The notes under the pieces: generated by a model | Database searches by the model: none | Seen by the model: the letters and a program-made list of their open reading frames with translations, nothing else | What the model was told of the DNA's origin: nothing | Source of the DNA: Octopus vulgaris | Lineage: Eukaryota | Length of the DNA: 64,000 nucleotides | Direction of reading: 5' to 3' | Assembly: GCA_951406725.2 (NCBI GenBank) | Contig: OX597814.1 | Location: 147,808,001 to 147,872,000, forward strand | Program-made: the position numbers and the translations under genes | Shown: positions 25,915 through 40,699 of the stretch, piece by piece | Layout: every line of letters begins with the position of its first letter | Position numbering within the stretch: position 1 is the first letter of the stretch

Positions 25915-26130
25915 GCCTTTCAATCTGCTAGAAATATCATCTAGATGTCTTTCAAATCATTCTCTCCTGTTTAAAAATAAACGGAAAATGAGCCCTAAAG
26001 AAATCATTAGACAAATGTAGGCCTAGGAGTGTACAGAAAAAGAGGACATTTTTGAGAATGACACATAGTTAAACATCGATTAGGTACGAACTGATGAACT
26101 GACTTATGGCTAAATATCTACAACACAAAC
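25915..26130 (+). mobile_element. Ancient dispersed repeat (family C)
   Basis: CAATCTGCTAGAAATATCATCTAGATGTCTTTCAAATCA...GCTAAATATCTACAACAC. Confidence 0.5.
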
Positions 26131-27531
26131 AAATAGTTTACCTGAATTTATCTAGTATAATGTGAGATAGTGCTTGAGACATGGAACCGATCTCCGAGGC
26201 TGTTGTTTTCAAATGCCTGCAATAACAAAATAAAAGGCACGCAGTACGGCGAGATACTTTCTCAGTAACACCAATACAAAGAGGACATATTCAGCTATCA
26301 TAAAGTTTATCTTGATATATTTGACTATAAATATTTATCAAATTAGGCAAAAGTAATAAACTCTCATACACAAGTTATTTCAGAAGTATCGTTAGCATTT
26401 AAATGGCAAATAAAAATTTAATTTTGCGTTTTGCTGCAATTTCTATTTTAAATATTTATGATACTAGCTAGTATTTTGTTGTGAATATCTTTTGATATGT
26501 ATGTTGGTTTATATATTTTTTAGAAAATTCTCGTTACCAAAAGATGAGTGAGCATTAATTGTGCTATAAATGGTACAATGTAGCTGTTGTCCTATTCGCT
26601 TTTATGTGCATACCCAGATCAACTGCCCAGGATGCACTGTGCGGCTGCCAGTATGACCGGGAAGGATAGTAAGCGAGCTATCTCCGAATACCTGAACAAC
26701 AGGATAATTAAATAATGTGGTGAGAAGGTGGGTGAAGAATAAACTGTGGCAGCGGGAGTTGTGAAGAAGTGATAGCGATGGGAGGAAACGAGACGTACCT
26801 TAACTTAGCTAAACAAATTTGTCCTACCCGGAGTTATTAACCTGTTTACACTAATAATAAATGGACCTTTGAACTACTCTGTATAACAAACACTGAACAG
26901 TTGGTGCTATCACTAGTACTTATTTAATCAACCGTTTGGAGGATGGGTTTTTAAAATGACGCCTGGGCCATTTATGCTCAGAAGTGTTCCACGAGCAGTC
27001 TTGATATGCTTCGTTCTAGTTGTCTGATTGCCTTATGGAATTGTAGCAGTACGCTTATAAAATTGATGAAGGATTAATTTACTTGTGATATTGTTACTAA
27101 TAGTTAGAGTTTAAGGTTTGAGGATGGAATACATATTCATTTCAGTAAGCGTGGAAAATTCCTTATGCACGGAAATGCATAATATAACTGAGCCTACAGA
27201 AAGATAAACTCATGTCTGTATAAATGCATGTTTGTATGTGAAGGTTTGTACGTTTATATATGTGTATATGTATGCATATTTGGGTGCATTAATATTATTT
27301 GAAGGCAATTTTAAGAAAACCAACTAGGCATTTATTGCTGGTGTCATTCTATAAATGAGTATCAGTTGAAGAATCTAACAGTCAAAAATAACGGCGCTAG
27401 TCAGTTTTATCTTCGGTTTCAATAAACCAAGAGATCATCTTGTATGGTATTTAATAAACCTGTATTTGTCTATTTGCTCAAATATATCGCAATGGCTACT
27501 CTGAGGTATTTCTCTTCGCTCAGTTTTGCTT

Positions 27532-27544
27532 ACACACACATACA

Positions 27545-27618
<74 letters not shown>

Positions 27619-27635
27619 TATATATATATATATAA
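27532..27635. repeat. (CA)n then (TA)n microsatellite
   Basis: Directly visible. Confidence 0.95.
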
Positions 27636-30600
27636 CACAAACACATACATCTTTTTTCAAACGGATACTTTTCTACATACACTCACAATCATATTCGCCG
27701 GAAGACTCAGTAGCAGCGTAGTGAATCGTCAGCTAACTTGTTATAAATGTTAAGTCTACACCATGTATTAAATGTTCTTTCTTTCCGTTGCAATCTCCAA
27801 CACACACGCATATTAATGAATATGAATATATATATACGTGTATATACACATACGCATACGAACACTTTGTGTAGGATTCCAATCTTTGCTTTTTTTGTTA
27901 GTTATCTTTTTAAACCGCTGCTCAACATAAATGAATGGCATGCACTTAAAACATGCGCGTGCGATTTTAACTGCAATTAATGCAAATCTTTTTTAAATTG
28001 GATTATTATAATTGATAAAAACAATCAAGAGTTTTGAGATGAGGGAATTTTGTGTAGTTTTTGTTATTTTATTAGTTATTTTAACCTACAGCTTACTTTT
28101 TGTGGACTTTTGTGTTTTCTGTTTTGTTTTTCTTTTGCATTTGAGAGACGTCGTCGTTGTTGATGTTCGTAATTATAGTTTATGTAACAATTATTTTCTT
28201 AACGATAGAATTAGTGCTTAGCTGATTATTATGATCCTACTGCTAGACGTATGATTGGCATGACTCCATGTATTTTATATTATCGATTGAATTCCAGAGA
28301 CTAATGCTGGAATAAAGAGATAAATAAATGAAAGATAGAAAGAAAAAAAATGAAGCACAACAGCAACAATAAATTAAGCAAATATTAAGAGGGAAAATGA
28401 TGTAATTGGTGAGTGGATGGGTGAGAGAAAGTCAATTAATGATGGATATGAAGCGCCACATCCCATACTTTTATATAATCAAAAGAATAATTTGACCCAT
28501 TATTAACCAAAAGGTTACCGAATGAAAAACAAAGAAAATATTCCCTCTCGCTTGATAGGCCCAGGCATAGCCCCGCGAGTAAATAGTTTGCTTTGAAACC
28601 AAGCCGTCCCAGGTTCACTTCTGATGTATAGAACCTCGGGTAAGTCTTTTTTCTTGTAAACTGTATTTCTCTTTACAAATTAGCGTGTGCAATAATTTAC
28701 ATATCGATACATATTAGCTAGTATATCTGCATATATCCGTGTGTATGTTTGCATATATATGGGGCGGAGGTATATATATGGGTGTATTTTGCGTTTATGA
28801 TTACTTGTATGAACTAGTTTGAGATTGAGAGCAGATGGAAGAATGTAGCTCGAAAGTTGGGAGTGGATGAAACTACATGAACGCAGTTCAAAGTTTGCCT
28901 TAGGTATCAGTGGCGAAGTGGGGTTTGTGGGGTCCGAACAGAACCCGCCTTCCACTCCATCTGTAATGTCTTCCGATCTGTCCCATAATTCGTTTTTATA
29001 TTTTATTGCATTAAATTTTTAAAGTCACCTTTTTGTTTCCTCATTCGATGTATCTGACCCCCAAATCAGATTATTGCCCCCTCTGTGTTGGCCCCTTTGG
29101 GCAATAAAGAAATTGGATTAGTTTGATATGTTACGTCCCTTTGTTTCAAATTAATTTCATCGATTCGTAAACTAGAAACCGACACCAGTTTTATCTTGAG
29201 ATAAAAATGACATGATACATTAAAACATGTAGCTTGCATACTTTAATTCCTTGATCCCCTTTACTTGTAGTCACTTAGCCATCAATATCATTTGAGATAT
29301 AAAGTTGCTATATATCTTTGTGTGTGTACTTATATAGCAGGTACACTTGAAAGAATTTTGTTGTAATAATGATTACAAAATACATCAATAATTTATATTT
29401 CTATAAATTGTTTGTGTACGTGCTTAGTATTTCATTGTAATTTAGTGGTATTAACTTTTAGAGTCTTCACATTCTGGAAGATACTGTATTATTTTATATT
29501 ATATCATTTCGTACTTGTTTGTCCACTCATGTAGGAAACTTTTTAACATAATTTGTGCTACTAAACAGTATAACCACAAATATCTGAAAGACATAGTTAT
29601 GCATTATTATTGTTTGTATGTGTATGACAAGTACGAGGAGCAATCGTTTTAAATTCTCAAAATTCTCAAGAACAAATCTCAGGAAAAGTTAACGAATATT
29701 TATGCACTACATGCGTTTTGCTTTATACTTTGAGATGTGCGTGCGACGTTTCGGATAATATACTTTTAACAGGACAGAGAGAGAGAGGGTGGAGGGAGAG
29801 AGGAAGAGAGAAAGAGATTAATTTTGTAAGTAGAAGTAGGTTGTTTTTATAAATGTTTGGTATGGTGGACATCCAATTTTCTTATACTGATGACACTGAT
29901 ACATGTGATTTGTTTTGTATTATCAATGTATCAGAGGGAAATAAAACGAAGAAAAAAACTCATGGATGATACAAATTCAAGGTTATACTTTAAAATAATA
30001 AGTTTTCAAAAACTTTTACATTTTAATTAATCCAGTACTTCACAAAGTGCTGATAAATGTTTTTGTTTTTTCAATTTTGGGCATGGTGTCAAAAATTTGG
30101 CTTGGAGTGTAATCCACAGTATCGAACACAGCATTTGCTCGGTATTTATTTTATCGTCCTCGAGAGGATGAAATTCGACCGCAGAGGGATATAACTAAAT
30201 ACTATAAACCGTTTAGTTAAGCATTTCTATCATATGTTCGACAGCACATTCAGTGGGAGAAGGAGGCACGGCTGCTTTTGTCGGATCCGTTATTTAGTGT
30301 ATTTATTATATAGAGCGCGGAAGGATGAAAGGAGACATTCACTCTTGCGGGATTTAGAAATTAGAACAGTAGCACATAAATGAACGTAACTAAATATGGT
30401 GAAGCATTTAGTCCGGCTTTCTAGCATTTCTGCTGTAAAATTTCTCATCACTAAGAGAGCGCTAATGATAATAAAATAAAATATGTGCACGAAGCGTGAA
30501 GAAGCTTCTCGATAAATACTGGTATGCGACAAGCTAAATCCATGTAATACACGTGTACGCGTACACAAGTTCGTGTTTATAACCTTTGTTAGAATATAGC

Positions 30601-30704
30601 GTTGTCAACTTTTATGTTAGAGCGTTATTTATTTGTTTCTGATACACTCTTATGGTTATACATCGTGACATTGTAATTGCATGTTTACACATAAATATCT
30701 GTAT

Positions 30705-30762
<58 letters not shown>

Positions 30763-31078
30763 GGGATAGATTGTATATATGTATGTCAGGTTGTAAGAGA
30801 GAGTACGTGTGCTCGGGCATGGGACTGTTTGAGACTCTTCTAGCTTATATTTGTGAGTACATTTTCTCATATACCAGATACATAAACAAACTTGATACGA
30901 ATATATATCATGTGTCATGAACTTTTACTCATCCCTATGTGTGTGTATATATATATATATAGTGATCTTACGCAGCTACGTGCGTGTGTGAGAAGGGAGA
31001 AGCGGTTCTTATAAAATTGGAAAATATACCAGATACAAAGAGACAAAAGTTTGCAAACAAGGTTTCACAATGTACATG

Positions 31079-31121
<43 letters not shown>

Positions 31122-31908
31122 CATGTTTCTAGATATAATAGTTAATATCGGAAAGTAAGTGATGTCACATAGGGTAAAACCGAATATAAACAGTTCATTT
31201 TTATGTGGGAGCAAATCAACGGTTGGCGTTTAATAGGAGATCAGCTTGGGACGTTTAAGAAAATCTTAAAATCCAATCTCATAGTGTGTTACATTCACGC
31301 CGGCTATTGGAAAAGACCAGCTCTGATCCAGTCACTGGGAGAAAAAGAAAAAAAAATGTGATTTGAACAGTGTAGCTTTGTTCAGGTTTATGAGCATCAT
31401 GCATCCCGCTGCAACAAATTTCGTGACTGACCCCTGACAAGTGACGAATAAGTTTTACTGCCGGTCATGATTAGGCTTGATTAGCCATTGCAAGAGTGCC
31501 GGCAATCGAGTGCATGATAGAAAGAGAAAGAAGATGAGCTTGACTACGTCACCATCATTGTCATCCCTGTGATCAACGTCCCGGCTGCCGTCGTCGTAGT
31601 TATCTCTCCTCCTCATTGCCATTAATTTTAAATACATGCGTATATACATACATTGTGCATATGTGTATATATGCGCATGCGGGCGTTCGTATCCGCATAC
31701 GCAAAATTCTATGTTCGTCGAGCATACCTGTGTATGTAAGCTTATGTGTATTTCTATACTCATATATGTCTCCGCGTGTCGCATTCCACAAATACACATT
31801 AGCGTGTCTGTGCTTGCAGTCCTGTGTGTTGCACGTTTATGTGCACGGATGTTTGTATGTTCGTATTTACTTCTCTCCCCACTCTCTCTCTCTCTGTCAC
31901 ACTGATAT

Positions 31909-31952
<44 letters not shown>

Positions 31953-32346
31953 GTGTGTATGAGTGTGTGTGCGTGTGTGTCTGTGTGGGTGTAAAAGAGA
32001 AATCAACATGGCGTTTGATAGGCAATAGGGATTATATGAGAGGGAAACTGCAATGCTATCGTTATAAAATGAAACATGATTTTGATAGGTCGACACGTCA
32101 TGCGATAAACTATTATAGTTCATGGCTATAAATATTGACCAAATATAGCAATAAAGCATATTGCATTGCTATAGGGATATATTAAGTCAGTTTATCGATA
32201 GGATTATGCAGGCTGAAACTCAGACGAACACAGACACACACACACATTTACAAGCGCATACATATTTACATACGCACATGCAAATACATACATAAATGAT
32301 ACACATGGACGCAATCATAATTCTTTGTATGAGAATATCATATAAT

Positions 32347-32416
<70 letters not shown>

Positions 32417-32643
32417 CGTATCTGTGTAGTGGTGGAGATATCTAAATACAGGTTATGAAGAAAATATGTATGAAGTATCCTCAACGGGAGGTTTTGCGAC
32501 TTAAACTCACCTACGTAATAAAGTTAATTGAAAAACATTGATTGGCATAGAGATTAGTATGCAATACGTTCCTCTAAATCAGTTTAAAATGAATTAATAA
32601 GTGAAGAATTTAATAATATAGCAATTTTTTGAGTCAAGACATT

Positions 32644-32710
<67 letters not shown>

Positions 32711-32898
32711 TAACAGTAAAGGTATCCATTACGGCTGTTTCTAACGATTCCTTTAATTGTTTAATGAAAACATTACATCATTTTAAAGAAATCGTTTTTG
32801 TCAGATGAATTCATAAACTTCAAAATAAGGGACTTTCAGAATGATTTAACATAGTTTAAAATCCACATTTACGGTGAATTTTAAACTATGTAGAAAAA

Positions 32899-32981
32899 AA
32901 GACATTTACAGTGATTCTGCTATTATTTCCGTTTGCTATTTCTTCCAACAGAAATAATTGCAGAATCACTGTTAATGTCTT
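32899..32981 (-). ncRNA. Candidate pre-miRNA hairpin
   Basis: 35-bp arms (32899-32933 / 32947-32981) with 3 non-Watson-Crick positions and a 13-nt loop; the minus strand shows basal UG, apical UGU and downstream CUAC (CNNC). Confidence 0.4.
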
Positions 32982-33684
32982 GCATTTTGTTGTGTGACTT
33001 GATTACCTTTCTCAACGTTGAGATCGATGTAATGTCTAAATGTCCCGTGGCCTTGTCCCACTTAATTCATCGAATCTTCAAGTTCTTTGTTATTTTATAG
33101 ATGTTCAATGCTGGGGGCATTGCTTTTAATATTGAGCTCATTAATTATTTCAGTCTAATAAGTTTATTGATTATATTAGTCGAACGCTTACAAACATACA
33201 ACCACTCAACGATACGCGCACAGACATACACACGTACATGTATTGATCAAAAATTGAATAATTTTCACTGCAAATCCATGAGGTTTTCGGATCGATACCT
33301 TTGCATGGTACATTGGATAAGTGCCTTAACCATGACTACGATTCGTCTCAAAGATTTCTGAATGAAATTAAGTAGACGAAGTTGTCAGAAAACCACTCTG
33401 TAGAGTGTCCTTGCAATTCAAAGGTTTACCCGTATCACGCTGATTCCAATTCACATTTAAAGGATAAGTCACGTTTGTGCAATGAATGAAACGTCTAGAT
33501 CGCTCACACGTCGATATCGAAGATAGAATCATAGATAGACTTATTTACAAACTCACACACACCGCCTCCCTGCTCTGTTCATTTCCCGCTCAAAGTAGAT
33601 TTTGGTCTTCTATCCACCACTAAAGGTAATTTAAAATTTGGCGTGAGGTTAATAGTGATTATTGTTTCAAATAGAGACCTGAGG

Positions 33685-33874
33685 TGTTGAGGATGAATGT
33701 AGCCAGTAAAGTTGTCCCCAGTATTAGACAAAATTTGCACATTAATGACCCTGGAGGGATAAAAGGCAAAAGTAGCATCGGTTGGATTAGAACTCCGCTA
33801 CAAATATCAGAACCTATTTTCTCCGAGGTTCTGATAATTCTGCACACTTACTGCCGCTGCTGCTGCTGCTGCTG

Positions 33875-33957
<83 letters not shown>

Positions 33958-34095
33958 AAGGTGGAGCAGCAATAATTATTTACTTAAGGCACAAGGCCAG
34001 GAAACTGAGAGTGTGGAATAATCGATAGTATCGACCCCAGTACTTGGCTGGTGTTTGATTTCATCAACCCCGGAAAATGAAAGGCAAACTTGACC
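33685..34095 (-). mobile_element. Two decayed family A SINE copies separated by a (GCT)n(ATT)n(AGT)n microsatellite
   Basis: ATCGACCCCAGTACTTGGCTGG..CAACCCCGGAAAATGAAAGGCAAA at 34030-34088; a weaker copy at 33685-33855. Confidence 0.7.
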
Positions 34096-34799
34096 GATAA
34101 TATTAATGATAATAATAATGATGATGATGATGATGATGATGCTGATGATAATCTGGTCATAATGATGGCACGTCGAAATACATCTCTATCAGCCAATGTA
34201 AAAAAAAAAAAGAAAAAAGAAAAAGTAATTAAATACAATAAAAGCAAGCAGTAAACGAGCTAAAGATAACGATAACTAAAACATGAACAGCAAAAGTAAA
34301 GAGAAAAGAGATGGTACATTAGCAATGACAAAATTACCATGAAGTAACAAACACTACAGCACTAACAACAAAAACATTATGAAGAATAAAAGAAATCTCT
34401 GGCATCGATAGTCAACCATTAAGTGAATATTTATCATAATGCTGGGTAGCTGGCCATCATTCATACATTTAATGTGTCAATGGTTCACGGAGTACTGTAT
34501 GGAAGCTGTTATCTCATCTTCCTTACTTTCACGCTATGTCATTATCTATAACTTCCCCCAACCCACTTCTGTCATAAGCGTCTAGCTTTTTACTACTTGG
34601 CTCTAGCTGTCTACTTATTACATCTGAATGAATATCTATGCGTCTATATATATATATATATATATATAGTTATATATGTACTTATGTGTGTCCTATCTTT
34701 TTCTCTCCCTTTCTTTCTCTCTCTCTCTCTCATATTTAACCTCATGTATTTATACATATATATACTCATATATGCATAGACGTTTTTATACGCAATAAT

Positions 34800-34801
34800 A
34801 G

Positions 34802-34852
<51 letters not shown>

Positions 34853-35100
34853 ATGCATATGTGTGTGTGTGTGTGTGTATGCATATGTGTGTGTGTGTGT
34901 GTGTATTCATATGTGTGTGTGTGTGTGTATGCATATATGTGTGTGTGTGTGTATGCATATATGTGTGTGTGTGTGTGTATATGCATATATGCATGTATAT
35001 ATGTATGTATATATATATCTATATATAAATGTGTATGTACATATGTATACATATGTGTATGTATATATGCATATATATGTATGGAGATACGTGTGTGTGC
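34800..35100. repeat. (TG)n array regularly interrupted by TATGCATA
   Basis: Directly visible higher-order unit (TG)n-TATGCATA. Confidence 0.9.
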
Positions 35101-36156
35101 GTGCGCATTACTTTGTTTCCTGTCTGTGTAACTGTTCTACACACACTAAACACTTATACTGTTTCTGACATAAATTGCGAGTCTCATTGAGTTGCTCGTT
35201 ATTTGCCTATTTGTATATATTTTGGTAGCATCCAGTCTTCTATCTTAATTTTCTCATTGTCATCGTATTCACCTTATAACCTTAATCGCCATTAAAAACG
35301 AGCCACCGAAAGACCTTCTACCTGGTTGTCCGACCTCCGAGAAATAGAGGCCAAGTTTGTGTCAAATAACATCCGATCGTTTTAAACATAAAAGAATACT
35401 TTGGATAATGACTTTCTAAATGAACTGTGGCTGCAAAAAAATGGCGATGTTTCGACTGGAACGCCTATGATAACGTAATTTGGCTATTTGATAAATAAAA
35501 TCGTCTGTTAGATAGTGTACTGACTCATACATAATGTCTGAAATTGAAACATTCACACACTCGTAGGCGCACATGCACACTCGCGTGTACTTACAGAGAC
35601 ATACATACTTAAACTTATTCATTTGATATACATATAGGAAGCCAAAATAATAATGATAATAATAACGAAAACGTACCATATGTGCATACATATACAACTA
35701 GCATTCTATACGTTCATAACCACACACACACAGAAGCTTACCAGACGTTACTTATAGCAAATCGACAGATGTAATTCCTCAAGTATTTTGAACGTTTCTC
35801 TCTCATTTGTGTCCAACCCCTGTTATATGCATTCACGCACGCATACACACAGACGCACACTTATATTCTATATATCAATCAATCATGCACACACAAACCT
35901 ATACATATACACATACAAAATGTAAATTGTGTACATATCTATGTATTGTATTTCCTTGTGTGTGTGTGCCACACAATAGAAGAGAAAAAAAAGATAATTG
36001 AAGTAGAGAAAGAGGTAAATACATTTATTTTTGGGTATAGTGAAAAGGGATCCAATACGGGATTAAAAATGGTTATCGATCGCTGAATATATAGACAGAA
36101 GCATGCATTTAAACACACACACACACGCCTACAAACACAGTTATGTAAATCTCTTC

Positions 36157-36192
<36 letters not shown>

Positions 36193-36409
36193 TGTCTCTC
36201 TTGTCTCTCTCTCTCTCTATCTATCTTTCTCTTTCTCTTCAATATGATATGGACAGATTCTCTAAAACTGAGAACAGAATATAATAGAAAATGAGAAAAC
36301 ACAATTACATATGAAATATAATAAAAAGTATATGAAAAGGTAATATAGGCAGTGATTTGAAATAAAAGCTAGTTTCTATCATACATATCATTCTAGTATA
36401 ATGGGTTTC

Positions 36410-36456
<47 letters not shown>

Positions 36457-37417
36457 TAGTGAGAGAGAAAGAGATTTACACACCCACACATATTTCCACG
36501 CAATACTTTATTTTTCTTTCTCTATTATTCTTTCTTTCTCTCTCTCCCTCCCTCTCTCTCTCTCTCCATATATATATATATATTCTTCTCTGTATCATTG
36601 ATGTGTGTGCGTGTGTGTATTAATGTAAATAGAAATAGAGAGGAAAATATGTGAGAAAGACAGGGAAAGTAGCAGATTAAGAAGACTGAATAAGGGAGTT
36701 AGACTGAGAGTTGGAGAATGGATTTAATGTTTCATAGCTAGATGTATGTTATGAATGTGGGATTGAATAAGGTACGAAGCTATAGATTGAATAATCGAGC
36801 AAGTTATGAAATTGTATAAGAATCACCAGACAGAAAAATAATATTGAAAATGGAAAATGAAATATCTTGTATGTGTATGTATCAATGTGTTTGACAGTGA
36901 GTGCTTTTTTGCGTATATAATATATAGTCATAGACGACTTTAGGGAACCGAACGGTGTAATTTGCACACATATCGGTGTCAACGAAGCAAGTACAAAAGT
37001 GAGTGCTTACCCTTTTACTTTATATATTAAATTTCGGATATAGAATCGCTTCGAACATGAGAAAATGAAAACTAAGCTTAGCTCTAATTTCTACAGATAG
37101 ATTGCGATGTAAGGAGAGGTTCATGTGGGGATTGGTTGTATTAAACCTGTCGAATAAGTCTCGTAGGTCTCTCCTGCTTTGCCGTTGTTCGGCTTCTGTA
37201 TTTTAATAACTGCTTTTTTTTATTGTTAATATTCAATATCCAGTTCTGTGTGTGCGGTGATGACTGTGATGTGCTCGCCAGGTATTTATCAACATTAGAA
37301 TGATTTCTATGAATATATATGTTTAAATGTGACACCGATGTAAAATATGTGACTTTTAGTACAGTACAGTAACCTATATATGCTTTCCATATTGCTGAAA
37401 GGGCAATATTTTTGAAA

Positions 37418-37613
37418 GGAGGTGTTGTAAATTCCTTGGCTTTAAGGGTATCGCGAAAAGCCTGGCTGGAGGCCCAACCTTCCAAATTCTTTTACAGGGC
37501 TTAGAAAAACTGAAGGACCGCTGCAGTAAGTTAGTGAAACTAAGAGGGGAATATCTCGAATATAATCATAATTAACTGAACCTTCAGTGTGTTTTCATTT
37601 ACCCGAAGCCAGG
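37418..37613 (+). mobile_element. Mariner-derived MITE retaining the transposase C-terminus
   Basis: Translates LQGLEKLKDRCSKLVKLRGEYLE (mariner C-terminal ..GIxKLxxRWxKCVxxxGEYVE pattern); residual inverted termini CCTTGGCTTT / GAAGCCAGG. Confidence 0.8.
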
Positions 37614-39348
37614 GTAAATGCACACTGTTGAAGAACAGGAGCTGATTACGAAGGAGGCATTTCCACAGTGAGGCTCAGATAGCTGTGTAACCACTCAGGC
37701 CTCTCGAAACAGCTGGCGGATTGGAAGAGTGATCGTATCATCAATGTACTGCAGCCTTTGAAAGAATATGTCCGGCTACAGGACGCTTTAAACTTTCTTT
37801 GAGGTTTATCACCAATCTTGCATCGGTGGAAAAAAGCAGTGTAGCCGTAATCGATTCGCTATTTTTGCAACTGTCTGGTTTCTTCAGTTGTAGCCACTGC
37901 TTCACTGAATTTGTTAGTACCGACTCTTCTGAATATTTCGTGGGAAAAGTATCTGATTAATTAATGAACAGATAGCAGTCTTGCGTCATTGATGTTAGAG
38001 GAAAATGCGTTCTGCAGGATAATGCTAGAAAGTTGAGCAAGAAGTCATTAGTGGTACCCGCTTATGGACGTTCCACTATTGTTATACACTGGGCAGTCTT
38101 TGTTGACCAGCTGTGTGTAAACACAGGATGTTGTATAACTGGCCAGCCGAACGACATTCGATACCTCTTACTTGCCATTAACGAGTCGAGCTGATGTGTG
38201 AAAACTCAAGTAGAAGTTAATACAGGTGATTTCATTTCGTATATCAGTGCCCTTTACAACAGTTCATAGAATTGATCTGTAATGCTAGAACAGAACCCAA
38301 TTTGTAGCTTTCTGTGAGAGTTAATATTAACAAATTACCTTCCAGTCCTATTCAGTAAGAGACCGAGCAGAAATGCATACGTATGTGATAAGAGTACCTC
38401 GATTAGAAGTGAATATGGCTATGCATCTCTTGGAATATTTCATTTATATTATTTGTGTTATGTTGCATGTTCGGATGCCTCTACTACTCAACGCTACTCT
38501 GCTCGACTACTCTACTCTTCTCTGTTCTCTGACGACGTCTAGACCTCTCCCTCTATATCTACGTATTGGGGTAGCCTACTTCATCGTCTAGGAGCGTTCA
38601 CACAACAGTCTGGTTTTCCAAAATATGGGAATATTATCGTTGTAACAGCGTTCGCAAATTATAAATCTGTGATATGGAACTTTATAATATAAACTGTTCT
38701 TCAGCCAGAAAACTTATCAGAAAGTGCTGTAACTAAGATAAAATAAAGCACAGGCGCTAAATTCTACATCGGAGCATTCAAAAAATTATTAAAATTTGAA
38801 GACCGGGGTCAACACCGGACAAATGCTAAGCAAAACTAATACGGCTAATTTAACTCTGTTCCTCAGCAGTTTCATAACCATTATAGTCGCACTTATTTAC
38901 GCGAAGCAGAGGTAAAATCAGTGCAATTGTTCACTTGGAGCAAACATTTTTCTAAGTTCAAATAATGTAACATAAGAAAAAAGACTGAATCGTATTTGTT
39001 TTGGTCTTATCTTCCGTCCTTTGTTTCTAAACTTGAATTGTAATGGTTTTTGCATAACATTTAATACTATTTCAAATTTCTTTGTATAAATAAATGATAC
39101 TCTACTAATATAAATATATATAAACATACATGTATGTGTGTATGAGTTTGGGCGTCTGCGTGTATGTGTGTGATGGGGGAGAAACAAAAGGAGAGACTGT
39201 TTTAAAAAATAAGGACGTTTCAAGTCGATATGCATTCCAGGCTTTAAACACACCGCAGTGATTTACTTCATTCCAAACATTCTTGCATTCTACCCTACCC
39301 GTCCCAAACTAGCTTTCCCTGGGTCTCTCTCCCTTTCTTTACTCACGC

Positions 39349-39390
<42 letters not shown>

Positions 39391-39645
39391 TGAAAGTTGA
39401 GATGTACTCTTGAGATTATGATAGTCATATTGACGCACACATGCACTCACACTTAGTAGACACACACGTGTGTGTGTGTGTGTATCATATATATATATAT
39501 GCATATATATATATATATACGTGTATATAAATTTATATATAAATATCTATCTATGTCTATATATATATAAATATAAATATAAATATCTATCTGTCTATAT
39601 ATATACTACTAATATAGGATGAAGCTTTACAGAAAAAGAAATTTC

Positions 39646-39649
<4 letters not shown>

Positions 39650-39709
<60 letters not shown>

Positions 39710-39712
39710 CTA

Positions 39713-39795
<83 letters not shown>
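39650..39795. repeat. Compound (TCTA)n(TC)n(TA)n microsatellite
   Basis: Directly visible. Confidence 0.95.
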
Positions 39796-39797
<2 letters not shown>

Positions 39798-39811
39798 TAT
39801 ATTATATATTC

Positions 39812-39998
39812 GCCATGATAGATCGCTAGCCACTACACATTTTTTCTCCTTGTTTCTTTTTGTGTTCCTTTCTGTGGAAGAGCGTAGGCTGCAAACGTTA
39901 AAGACTTTTTCACTCCCCTAATGGTATACTAATATATCTGTTAGTTGCCTACACCACCTGTCTTCGTCTTTTGTTTTTTTTTGTGAATTCTCCCTATA
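39812..39998 (+). mobile_element. Penelope-like terminal repeat with decayed hammerhead motif
   Basis: CTTT-CTGTGGA-A-GAGC-GTAG-GCTG-CAAAC-GTT-AAAG at 39868-39903; flanked by (TA)n and (CA)n. Confidence 0.6.
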
Positions 39999-40002
39999 CA
40001 CT

Positions 40003-40077
<75 letters not shown>

Positions 40078-40174
40078 GTGTGTGTGTGTGTGTGTGTGTA
40101 TGTGTGTGTGTGTCTATATACATATATCTATCTGTCTATATATATATTCATCTCTCTCTCTCTCTCTCTCTCTG

Positions 40175-40221
<47 letters not shown>

Positions 40222-40699
40222 GTGTTACTGCACTGCACTGCACTCACAAGCACATATAATCATATTTATATATTATGAGATTATCTCTTTTCAGCAACAT
40301 TCCAATCTATACTTAGCCGAACATTTATATTACAAATGATGGCATCAAATAGTTCATCGGAACACACACACACACACACATGCTATGGTAATGACATCTA
40401 TCTCCAATATATAAATATATGTATTCTCATACTCCTCCAATAAATAACTATAATACAGATGATTCTAATACAAATGATCTTATTTAAGAAGAGTGATGGG
40501 TGTCGAACTTTGTAGTTATAAGCATATATTTGCGAGAGTATATGAGTCTGCAAATGTATGTATGCCTTGACAGTGTATGTGTGTCTGTGTGTATATGACA
40601 CACTAATACTGTTCTCTGAAAGACTTTTTTTTTTAGTTTCGAAAATATAAGAGTTTAAAATGCAATATATCTGGGCCTGTAATATCTTATACATTCTGT

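Noticed and set aside
29892-29930. Short inverted repeat CTGATACAT/ATGTATCAG
   Set aside because: Only 9 bp of clean pairing in AT-rich DNA
31455-32159. 234-aa minus-strand ORF
   Set aside because: Spans microsatellites and has no recognisable motif
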